From contig JBHGBC010000038.1 of assembly GCA_041946805.1 (NCBI GenBank), forward strand, positions 1 to 42,743: a DNA stretch of 42,743 nt, read 5' to 3'. Below are positions 25,933-33,974 of this stretch, one piece after another. The stretch comes from a bacterium (GTDB taxonomy: Bacteria; Hinthialibacterota; Hinthialibacteria; Hinthialibacterales; Hinthialibacteraceae). Within the stretch, counting starts at the first letter, position 1; each line of letters starts with the position of its first letter. The notes under the pieces were generated by a model. That model did not search any database. It was given only the letters and a program-made list of their open reading frames with translations, and was not told the DNA's origin. Position numbers and translations under genes: made by a program.

Positions 25933-28900
25933 TCACCCCCGTTTCTTCCTCAATCCCAGCCGCCAGAGGCCCATGCCGATTGCCCCTACCAAGGAAACCA
26001 TCGCGCCGAACCGGAACGAAACCGGCCGGTATGCCATTTCCACCGCGTGCGGACCCGGCGGCAGCGCCAATCCCCGGAAATAGTAATTCACCCGCTGAAC
26101 CGGTTGTTTCACACCATCCACCCAAGCCTCCCAGCCGGGGTAGAACATCTCGCTGACAAACAAGGTTCCCCCGGTCCGGCTCATCCCCGAGAGGCGCAGG
26201 CGGTTGGGTCCCTCATCCACCGCCGCCCAGATGGGGCCTGGCTCCTCCCGCCGCGTTCCCGGAGGCGGGACGGCGTGTTTCAGCATTTCCTCCACTGGAT
26301 TAACGGGCACGAAGCGGATTTCCTGGCTGTCCAGGTCGTCCCGGGTCAACACCGGTCCGCCCGGATAGCGGGTGAAGACGATCGCGTCCCGTTCCCGCGC
26401 GCTGGCCTCCACGCAGATCGAGGCCCCCTTGACCGCGAAAAAGGCGTGCGCGATGCGTTTGCGCGCGTCCGCGTTTTCCATGTCAAACCAGAGCCTCGAT
26501 CCCAATTGGCGCAAGGCCGCCAGGGTTTCCCGGGTCATCAGGTCCGTCGCTTCGTCGCGGATGGCTCCCAGGAGGTAATAGCCGTCGGTCGCCGATTCGA
26601 TGAATTCCCGCATGGCCCGGTTGACCGGCGAGGCCTCGCTGATATCGCCCGATGGCGCAATGCTGGGATCGAAATCGTCCAACAGGTTGAAGACTTCGCT
26701 CTTCTCCACCGCCATCGTTTCCGGATTGAGCAGGACCAGGTTGTAGCCTTTTTCGTTGCGCGCCACTTCCCGGCCGCCGATCTGGATGCTGGCCCGGTCC
26801 TCGGTTGGGTAGGAGACCATTTTCTTGGGGGCGGAGAAGATCAAAATCTCCTGCGCCGGGTAGACCGTGCGGGTGGCTTCCCGCGGGATTTCCGCCAAAT
26901 CGTACACCGGCGGGGCGGTTTCATATTGCCGCATCCGGCTGAACAATCGAAACCATTTGTCCGCGTTCTCCGGCGCGGCCACCAGTTCCAGGCGGGGTTT
27001 GGGCGCCACCGAGCCGGACACGTACAGCGACTGGCCCGTTTGCGCCACCAACGCTTCCGTGGCCGAAATCACTTCCAGGGCGGATCCGACCGCTCCCCCC
27101 TTGCGCCCCACCACGGCGTGCGCCACCCGGTAGGGGGGAGGCGCGTCCCAGTCCGGCATGAAGCCGCGCGCGTCCACCGAAGCCCCGATCCCGCGCAACG
27201 CGGCCAGTCCGGCCGGCAGAAGCGCGTCCGCCGCGTTGTCCTGCACCGCCGCGAAAACCACTTTCCCCTCGGGAATGTTCCGAATGTACTCCAGCATGCG
27301 CAGATGGGTTGTCCGCCGGGGATCGCTCAGGCCGTCCATCAGGTTGAAACACTCCGCCGATTCGATCGCGCCGGTCACGGGATCGCCGACGGCGATGTAA
27401 TATCCCGGATCATGCCCCAATTCGGCGAAATGGTCCTGGCCGTTCACGATTAGATAAGCCCCCCGCTTCACCGATTCCAAGGAGCAACTGGCGAGCAGGA
27501 ACGGCTTGGGAAACAGGGCGTCCTCCGCGATTCCGGTGTTTTTTTCATCGCCTGGACTGGAGTCATCCACCAAAGCCACCTTGTCGAAGGGAAAGGATTG
27601 CAGGCTCAACAGGTCCCGCTGGTGTTCCGCGTTCACCCGGATACGCTCCGGCAGCAACCGCGCCCGCGCCTGGAGGCCTTCCAGCCGGTACATCCGCTGG
27701 GTCACCTTCTGAAAGTCCAGCGGCAATCCCTTCACATCGGTCAAAACGATCCCCACGCCGAACAGCCGCAACAAGTTCAGGTTGATCTTTTGAGGAAAGG
27801 GAAGGTTGGTGTCTTCCCGCGCTTCCAGGTGGATCCGCGGCGTCAGCGGCGACTGCCCGTCCATCTCGGGGAATCCCTGCGCCGCTCCGTGATAGAGTGT
27901 CCGCTCGCCTCCCCCCTGGAAAAACACCTTGGTCCGGTAATTCCAGGGCGCTTGCTGGATCTGTTTCACCTCCGTATCCACCGTATAGCCCCCCGCGCCC
28001 GGCGCCAATTCGAACGTGCGGAAATAGGTGCCCAGGTCAAGCCAGGTCAGGCCGATGGCCAGCACCGCAAAAGCCAGGGCGGTGATTTTCCGGCGCTCGG
28101 TCAGATAAAGCAGTCCAATGAATCCCGCGCCGAACATCAACATATACATATAGGAGCGCAAGAGGTCGTTTTGGATATTGGCCTTGAATTCGGGATTGCC
28201 CTGGACATCGGCCGCGATATTGATCAGCAGCACCAGCAGCGTCACCAGCCCCCCCAGGGCCGGCGCGATCCAATACAGACCGAAAGAACAACGCGTTTCC
28301 ACTCCGTTTCCGCGGGCCTGCATGACCGCGTCCAGCCCCCGCCCCGCCGCCAAGGCGATGGGCAGGCTCGCGAAATAGATCAACCGGCTGGGGGCGCGCA
28401 CCCAGGCCACGCCGGGTATCAACAAATACGCCAAGTCGTAGGCAAACAAATATTCCCCGAATGACAACAGCACCGCCGCCAGGGCCGCTCCGGCCAGAAA
28501 GCGGAAAAATGGATCAAGGCCTCCTTTCCGCCAGGCCAGGATCGCCAAGAGCAACGGCGTGATTCCCCAGTAGAACACTTCGATCTGCGTCCAAAAACGC
28601 AACGATTCCGGAATCAACGCCTCCACCAGTTCGAGCGGCGGCAGCGAAAATTCCGTGCTGCTCACAAACACGTCCGCCGAAGCCCGTTCGCCCTGCTGGA
28701 TCAGCTCCATGGTGGGAATCCATTGCACGCAGGTCAACGCGAACGCCATGACGATCATAACCCCCGCCGGCAGCAACCGGCCGATCAACGCCGCGAATCT
28801 CCCCCCCGGGAATCCCCGGGTTTCTTCCCCCGCGGCATACAGAAACCGGGCCGCGAGAAACAGGGTGATATAAAGCGCGGATTGCGGATGCCCGGCCAAA

Positions 28901-29499
28901 TAGGTCACGGCCAAAAGAACGGTCATCCGGAATATATGTTTTTCGTTCTTCTCCCGGAGCCACTGCTCCGCTCCCAGCAGCAGCCAGGGCAGCCAGGCGA
29001 GGGTGAAGATCAGGTTGGTATGTTTTTTATGCGCGTCGTGATAGCCGCAGAAGGTCAAAGCGACCGCGCCCAGCACCGCCCCCCAGCCCGACAGGCCGGC
29101 GTGGCGTCCCAACCGGTACGCCCCCGCCCCCGCCAGCAGCAAATGCAGCAGCACCAGCCATTCCGTCGCCCGAAAGGCCGCCTCTGGCGAACCCGTGAAG
29201 GGGATCACGATCCAGTTGAGCGGGTAATACAATCCCGCTTCGCAGTTGGCCGCTCCCGGCCATCCCCCGAACTGGTACGGATCCCACAGGGGGAAATATC
29301 CCGACAGCAAGGTCCGGAACAAACCGGTCCGGGTAGGATAATCCTTGATCAGAATGTCATCCGTGAAATGCATCCGGTCCGCGGCCGCTGGGATCCACAC
29401 CCGCCACCAAAACAACAGCACCGCCGCCGCCAGAAGCAGGACAATCCCGGCCGTCTCCCGCCGGGCCCCCAAGAATCCGCTATGCGATGTCTGGTTCAT
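25933..29499 (-). CDS. YfhO-family polytopic membrane protein (GT-C-like) with two ILEI/PANDER-like extracytoplasmic domains
   Basis: PLWDPYQFGGWP, YYPLN, LAGHPQ, RAPSR, many TM helices, and C-terminal SEMFYPGWEAWVDG...FRGLALPPGPHAVEMAYRP (YfhO). It contains two G[YF]...[DN]P.T..[IV]E....FNL...[DE]A...L..L..[IL]G[AS] units. Confidence 0.85.
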   Translation of the reverse strand: MNQTSHSGFLGARRETAGIVLLLAAAVLLFWWRVWIPAAADRMHFTDDILIKDYPTRTGLFRTLLSGYFPLWDPYQFGGWPGAANCEAGLYYPLNWIVIPFTGSPEAAFRATEWLVLLHLLLAGAGAYRLGRHAGLSGWGAVLGAVALTFCGYHDAHKKHTNLIFTLAWLPWLLLGAEQWLREKNEKHIFRMTVLLAVTYLAGHPQSALYITLFLAARFLYAAGEETRGFPGGRFAALIGRLLPAGVMIVMAFALTCVQWIPTMELIQQGERASADVFVSSTEFSLPPLELVEALIPESLRFWTQIEVFYWGITPLLLAILAWRKGGLDPFFRFLAGAALAAVLLSFGEYLFAYDLAYLLIPGVAWVRAPSRLIYFASLPIALAAGRGLDAVMQARGNGVETRCSFGLYWIAPALGGLVTLLVLLINIAADVQGNPEFKANIQNDLLRSYMYMLMFGAGFIGLLYLTERRKITALAFAVLAIGLTWLDLGTYFRTFELAPGAGGYTVDTEVKQIQQAPWNYRTKVFFQGGGERTLYHGAAQGFPEMDGQSPLTPRIHLEAREDTNLPFPQKINLNLLRLFGVGIVLTDVKGLPLDFQKVTQRMYRLEGLQARARLLPERIRVNAEHQRDLLSLQSFPFDKVALVDDSSPGDEKNTGIAEDALFPKPFLLASCSLESVKRGAYLIVNGQDHFAELGHDPGYYIAVGDPVTGAIESAECFNLMDGLSDPRRTTHLRMLEYIRNIPEGKVVFAAVQDNAADALLPAGLAALRGIGASVDARGFMPDWDAPPPYRVAHAVVGRKGGAVGSALEVISATEALVAQTGQSLYVSGSVAPKPRLELVAAPENADKWFRLFSRMRQYETAPPVYDLAEIPREATRTVYPAQEILIFSAPKKMVSYPTEDRASIQIGGREVARNEKGYNLVLLNPETMAVEKSEVFNLLDDFDPSIAPSGDISEASPVNRAMREFIESATDGYYLLGAIRDEATDLMTRETLAALRQLGSRLWFDMENADARKRIAHAFFAVKGASICVEASARERDAIVFTRYPGGPVLTRDDLDSQEIRFVPVNPVEEMLKHAVPPPGTRREEPGPIWAAVDEGPNRLRLSGMSRTGGTLFVSEMFYPGWEAWVDGVKQPVQRVNYYFRGLALPPGPHAVEMAYRPVSFRFGAMVSLVGAIGMGLWRLGLRKKRG

Positions 29500-29790
29500 A
29501 TACGCTCTGATAAAACCATCCCGTTTTTCGAAACATGGCGATCCCGCCTTCAGAATATCAGAATCGCCCTTGGCGGGCTATGACCGGGCGCGTTCCCCGG
29601 CGGCCGGGGCGCACCGCGCGGCAGGCCCGGGCCTCGCAGCGGGAAGGTTCTCCCGGCGGCCCGGCGGGGGGAAACAAGGCCAAAAACTTACCTGCTACAG
29701 TCAACCGGAATATTAATATCAAAATGTCGGAGAAATGCAGTAATTCAGACAAGCGCATTAATAAAATATCAGAAAAAATTGCCTTTTGAA

Positions 29791-29819
29791 TTGACGCTTC
29801 ACAACCCCCTGGCTACCTT
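29791..29819 (+). promoter_or_regulatory. Putative sigma70 promoter of the prepilin gene
   Basis: TTGACG-N17-TACCTT after an AT-rich stretch; an alternative extended -10 TGGTACAAT lies at 29828-29836. Confidence 0.5.
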
Positions 29820-29864
29820 CCGTACCGTGGTACAATTGCACTTTTACTTTAGAAGGGATTCAAC

Positions 29865-30443
29865 ATGATCAGCCGGCACGCCTTTACCCTGATCGAACTC
29901 TTGATCGTCGTGGCCATCATCGGCATCCTGGCCGCGATCGCGGTTCCCAATTTTTTGAACGCGCAGGTCCGCGCCAAAGTGTCCCGCGCCGTGAGCGACA
30001 TGCGCAACATCAGCCTGGCGCTCGAAACGTACCGCCTGGACAACAACGCCTACCCCGCCTGGGGCGGGCTGTATCCCAATCAGCTGCGCTACATCCGCCT
30101 GACCACCCCCACGGCCTACATGAGTTCGATCCCCCAGGATCCATTCGTGAATTCCGTGAACGAGGAGGAGTACCTGAAAACGGGCAACGCGTACGACTAC
30201 GTCGACCGCGATCCGTCCGCCTGGGGCCATCTGTTCCGGCTCAGCAGTTGGGGTCCGGACGGAAAGAACAGCTATGCCGGTTCCCGGGAGTTCACGTCCG
30301 TGCAGCAAGCCTGTCCCAATGGAGCGCCCGTGTTCGTCTACAATCCCAGCAATGGATTGGGCAGCTACGGCGATATTGTCTGGGCCGGCCCGAAGGACGA
30401 TCAGATGGGCCAGTGGTACTGCGCCATTCAAAACGGGATCTGA
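29865..30443 (+). CDS. Prepilin-type N-terminal cleavage/methylation protein (GspG-like pseudopilin)
   Basis: Class III signal RHA|FTLIELLIVVAIIGILAAIAVPNF; ALETYRLDNNAYP; IPQDPF; LSSWGPDG; C-terminal YNPSNGLGSYGDI. Confidence 0.92.
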   Translation: MISRHAFTLIELLIVVAIIGILAAIAVPNFLNAQVRAKVSRAVSDMRNISLALETYRLDNNAYPAWGGLYPNQLRYIRLTTPTAYMSSIPQDPFVNSVNEEEYLKTGNAYDYVDRDPSAWGHLFRLSSWGPDGKNSYAGSREFTSVQQACPNGAPVFVYNPSNGLGSYGDIVWAGPKDDQMGQWYCAIQNGI

Positions 30444-30477
30444 TACCCATCCCCTCCCCGCCAGGGAACGCAGGCCG

Positions 30478-30512
30478 CGGGCGGGGCCTTTCCGGCCCCG
30501 CCCGGTTTTTTT
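30478..30512 (+). terminator. Rho-independent terminator after the prepilin gene
   Basis: Perfect 11-bp stem CGGGCGGGGCC/GGCCCCGCCCG, 5-nt loop, then G and T7. Confidence 0.88.
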
Positions 30513-30768
30513 AAAGGCTGACGGCCGGCGTTCAACAAGGGGACTGCCCTTCCCTGGAGGAAGGCGGGTGGAAGAGCGTCTTGGGCGGAAAGCCGTATCG
30601 CTTTGGTTCACTTCCACCGGTCACAGCCATTCTTCGCTTATCGGTAATGTAAGTCCGCTTCAGGGGACGGCTTTCGGCAGCCCCGGGATGCCATCATGCG
30701 CAAATAGCCCCGGGTGTGCGCCTATCTTGGATGAGCCTGATTTATTCTTCTCCTCCCCCTATCCAGAA

Positions 30769-30801
30769 TTGACAACCTAATCCTGAATTTGATAGCATCA
30801 A
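30769..30801 (+). promoter_or_regulatory. Putative sigma70 promoter with an overlapping palindrome
   Basis: TTGACA-N18-TAGCAT with a TGn extension; TTGAT-AGC-ATCAA inverted repeat at 30789-30801 covers the -10. Confidence 0.55.
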
Positions 30802-30882
30802 TCGCATGAATTCTCGGAAGTCACCCCATTTTCCCTGATTTCAGCAGACACACCCCATTTCACGTTCAGGAGGATGCAGGCC

Positions 30883-31959
30883 ATGAAACGGCGATTTGTC
30901 TTACTCGCAGTGCTGGCGGCTGTCAATTGTGGATTGATCCTGGGGGCGGCGGCCGGACCGAAAGGCGTCATCGTGGTGCGGCCCCTGGGCCCGGGCGTGA
31001 CCCTCACGATCGACGGCGATTTCAAGGACTGGCCCTTGGGATCTTACGAGAAGGTTTCCGAGCAGCCGCTTTTCCCGGAGGGGCAGGACTCCCTCACCAC
31101 CAACGCGCGCGGCGACTATCTCGTGCATGATCCCGACCGGGTGGGATTTTTCAATACCGCGCGGGGGGGCGTGTCCGAGGATGATCCCAACCTGGATTTC
31201 GAGGTGAACACCTATTTCGCCTACGACGCGAATTACCTGTACATCCTGTCGATCTTCGTGGACGACGAGATCGTCGGCAACCGGGACACCTCTGCGTTCG
31301 GCGGCGCGCCCTATCTCAACGACGGGCAGGAATTTTTCTTCGACGCCAAGAACGACAGCGGCGACTGCATCTCCGACCTCGCCTTTCCCAGCATCGATGA
31401 TCAGGATCCGAATCTGGACGATTTGCAGGTGGGCACGGGGATTAACGATCTGATCGATCCAGTGCTTCCCATGGACCAGGGCGGCTGGGGGGCGGTGCAG
31501 GGGATCATCCGCTCGGGAAACCGGGACCTGCTGGGCGCGGGGGATTTCAGCGACGGGACGTTTCAGGACGCGTTGACCGCCTCGTCCGGGCCGGACATCG
31601 CCGCCAAGGCGTACGCGGATCTGCGCGCGGCGGGAGCGCCCAATCCCATGATCGCCCCGAACCCCACCCTTACCTTCGCCGGGTACGCCTTGGAGACACG
31701 GATTCCGTTCCGGGTGGTGGATGGCTTCACGCCGGACCACAAGATCGGCATGACGATCTTTTGGCGGGACGTGGATGACAGTAACGGCAGCGGCATCCAG
31801 TTCATCGACTGGGCGCAGAGCACCACGGCGAGCGGCTGTCTCACCGCGGACTTGGAAATCACGGACATATTTTTCGCGCCCAACTGGGGCGCGTTGGAGT
31901 TTGATCCCAGCAAGCCGCTGGGCGGAACGGGAATCTCCACCTGGGAGCTTTTAGAGTAA
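30883..31959 (+). CDS. Secreted acidic protein, CBM9/DOMON-like sugar-binding fold, with C-terminal Trp tail
   Basis: AGGAGG RBS; signal peptide MKRRFVLLAVLAA; TIDGDFKDW, FAYDANYLYI...VDD, DG.EFFFD, YALETRIPF, WRDVD and WGALEF are typical of CBM9-like domains. It ends TGISTWELLE. Confidence 0.75.
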   Translation: MKRRFVLLAVLAAVNCGLILGAAAGPKGVIVVRPLGPGVTLTIDGDFKDWPLGSYEKVSEQPLFPEGQDSLTTNARGDYLVHDPDRVGFFNTARGGVSEDDPNLDFEVNTYFAYDANYLYILSIFVDDEIVGNRDTSAFGGAPYLNDGQEFFFDAKNDSGDCISDLAFPSIDDQDPNLDDLQVGTGINDLIDPVLPMDQGGWGAVQGIIRSGNRDLLGAGDFSDGTFQDALTASSGPDIAAKAYADLRAAGAPNPMIAPNPTLTFAGYALETRIPFRVVDGFTPDHKIGMTIFWRDVDDSNGSGIQFIDWAQSTTASGCLTADLEITDIFFAPNWGALEFDPSKPLGGTGISTWELLE

Positions 31960-32011
31960 ATCCCGTTCGTTGATTTTCCGGAAACAAGGACCGGCGGGTA
32001 TCCGCTCCCCC

Positions 32012-32040
32012 GCGGAGGCAGGAATTCCTCTGTATTTTTT
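32012..32040 (+). terminator. Possible weak intrinsic terminator
   Basis: GCGGAGG/CCTCTGT stem with G-U pairs, followed by ATTTTTT. Confidence 0.35.
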
Positions 32041-32119
32041 GTGAAAACCGGCTCGCGTTTGTGCTAGCATGTACCGGTTTGCAATCCAATCGATTGAAAG
32101 GAACAGGAGGCTCAAATCA

Positions 32120-33787
32120 ATGTTCAAAAGAAGTGGATGGGTTGTGTTACTGTTGGCGTGTATGACGCTTTCCACCTACGGGGCCAAGATCGAAGTCAAT
32201 TCGGTGACCGGAAAAGAGGATGGAACTTCTCCTTTCAAGACCCTGGCGGGAGCGGTCGAGTTTTTGCGGGCCGATCCCATGGCGGCAGACAACGAAATCC
32301 TGATCAAGGACAACGGGCCGCATTTTCTGGAGGAAACACTGAAGGTGGATGTCCAGGTGAAAATCCACGCCGCGCCGGGGATCCAACCGGTCATCGTGGG
32401 ATTTTTCAGCGAAGCGCCGGACAAAATCCTGGATCCATTCCTGTATGTCCAGATCTCCGACGGCGGGGGCAATTTTCTCATCAATATCGTTCCCCAGCCT
32501 TATTCGACCGTGGAGCTGGATGGCTTGACGATCATCCCGGAAGCGGACAATACCTACCATCAGCAATACCGGCAGACCGCGATTGTTTTCCACGGGGTGG
32601 ATTACTACGGGAACCAGTCGGTGGCCGGAGCCAAATTGATCGTAAGGAATTGCACCGTCACCAGCAATGACGGGCAGAACCACCCGTCTCCGGTGACGGG
32701 ATCCGCTCCCCCGTTGGCGGCCGACACCCAGTTCGGAGGCGCGGCGCTGGAATTGGGGGCCTCGGGATTTTCAGCCCTGGACGAGAATTTGAATCCGATT
32801 CCCGACGCCGACCTGGAAGCGTACAACGTGCTGGTGGAAAACTGCCTATTCACCCAATGTTGGGTGTATGGGATCAACATCGCGGCCGAAAAAGTCGTCA
32901 TCAAGGATACGAATATCCTGTACAACGGCATGCGGGGGATTCAAAACATCCATGGAGAGGGCGAGGCCTGGCAAAGCATTCTGATCACCGGTTCGCCGGA
33001 TAAACCCGCGGTGATCAAAGGCAACGGCTATGTTTTCGCGGCGGATGGAACCAATCCGAACAGTGTCCAAGCGTTCAACACCGGGACCGCGATCCGCATG
33101 TTCGGCAACCAGGTCATCGATTTCGCTTGGCTGGACATCGTGGAGAACCATGACAACGTGCCGATTGATCTATCCTCCGACAACGACACCAAGGGCGCCA
33201 ACATCCGTTCGATGGATCATGTCTTGATCGCCAACAACAAGGGCGGTTCGCTTTTCACCACCCGTGACGGCGGGCCCACGTTCGCCACCGGCCTGGCCCA
33301 TATTCCCCTGACGATTTCCAATTGCACGTTCATCGGGACCGGCGACTCCACTCCCTCAACCGGGGGTAAGAGCGGATCGATCTTCTTCTACGCCGGCGTG
33401 GCGCCCGTGACCATCACCAACAGCATCCTGGGCGGGCCGAATTACACGGGCGTCGTGCTGGGGGCCGAGGACCAATCCGGCGGGGACAGCGGGATTCCTG
33501 AAAATATCGCCCCGGCCGGAGTGAAGATCGAAAACTCGGCGCTGGTGGGCGAGGGACCCTTGGCCTTGGGCGCCAAGACCGCCCTGGGCGCGGGACGAAC
33601 CGCCGATGAAATCACGCAATCGAACGTGATCGCCGCGGATCCCCAATTCACGTCCACCGCGTCGTCCGGAGCCGGATCGTTTGTTGTCCAGAATCCGGCG
33701 TATCAAACCGCCGGGCCGAACGGGGCGTTTTTGACCGGCGCGCGTCCGGTGACACCCACCGCGGTCCACGAGTGGTCAGTGTATTAA
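32120..33787 (+). CDS. Secreted right-handed parallel beta-helix (pectin-lyase-like) protein with C-terminal Trp tail
   Basis: AGGAGG RBS; signal peptide MFKRSGWVVLLLACMTLSTYG; DGTSPFKTLAGAV, VRNCTV, VENCLF, ISNCTF, ITNSIL and NVIAADPQF are beta-helix hallmarks. It ends PTAVHEWSVY. Confidence 0.8.
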   Translation: MFKRSGWVVLLLACMTLSTYGAKIEVNSVTGKEDGTSPFKTLAGAVEFLRADPMAADNEILIKDNGPHFLEETLKVDVQVKIHAAPGIQPVIVGFFSEAPDKILDPFLYVQISDGGGNFLINIVPQPYSTVELDGLTIIPEADNTYHQQYRQTAIVFHGVDYYGNQSVAGAKLIVRNCTVTSNDGQNHPSPVTGSAPPLAADTQFGGAALELGASGFSALDENLNPIPDADLEAYNVLVENCLFTQCWVYGINIAAEKVVIKDTNILYNGMRGIQNIHGEGEAWQSILITGSPDKPAVIKGNGYVFAADGTNPNSVQAFNTGTAIRMFGNQVIDFAWLDIVENHDNVPIDLSSDNDTKGANIRSMDHVLIANNKGGSLFTTRDGGPTFATGLAHIPLTISNCTFIGTGDSTPSTGGKSGSIFFYAGVAPVTITNSILGGPNYTGVVLGAEDQSGGDSGIPENIAPAGVKIENSALVGEGPLALGAKTALGAGRTADEITQSNVIAADPQFTSTASSGAGSFVVQNPAYQTAGPNGAFLTGARPVTPTAVHEWSVY

Positions 33788-33839
33788 TAGGTGTTGATAA
33801 ACCGGAAATAGCGATGAAAAAATGGAGCGAATGAATATG

Positions 33840-33942
33840 GCAGGGGCACGGGGCATCGTGCCCCGCTTCTTTGAGGGGATTGGGTGCTGCCGGGTATGGG
33901 GAGGAAATTCATGCAGGGGCGGACCTTCAAGACCGCCCCTAT
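33840..33942. repeat. Two GTAG-family-like REP palindromes between convergent genes
   Basis: gcaGGGGCACG-gggcat-CGTGCCCC (33840-33864) and gcAGGGGCGG-N10-CCGCCCCT (33913-33940). Both start GCAGGGGC, like decayed GTAGGGGC...GCCCCTAC REPs. Confidence 0.6.
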
Positions 33943-33974
33943 TATGTACTCATTGGCCGGATGAAGCCGATCAA

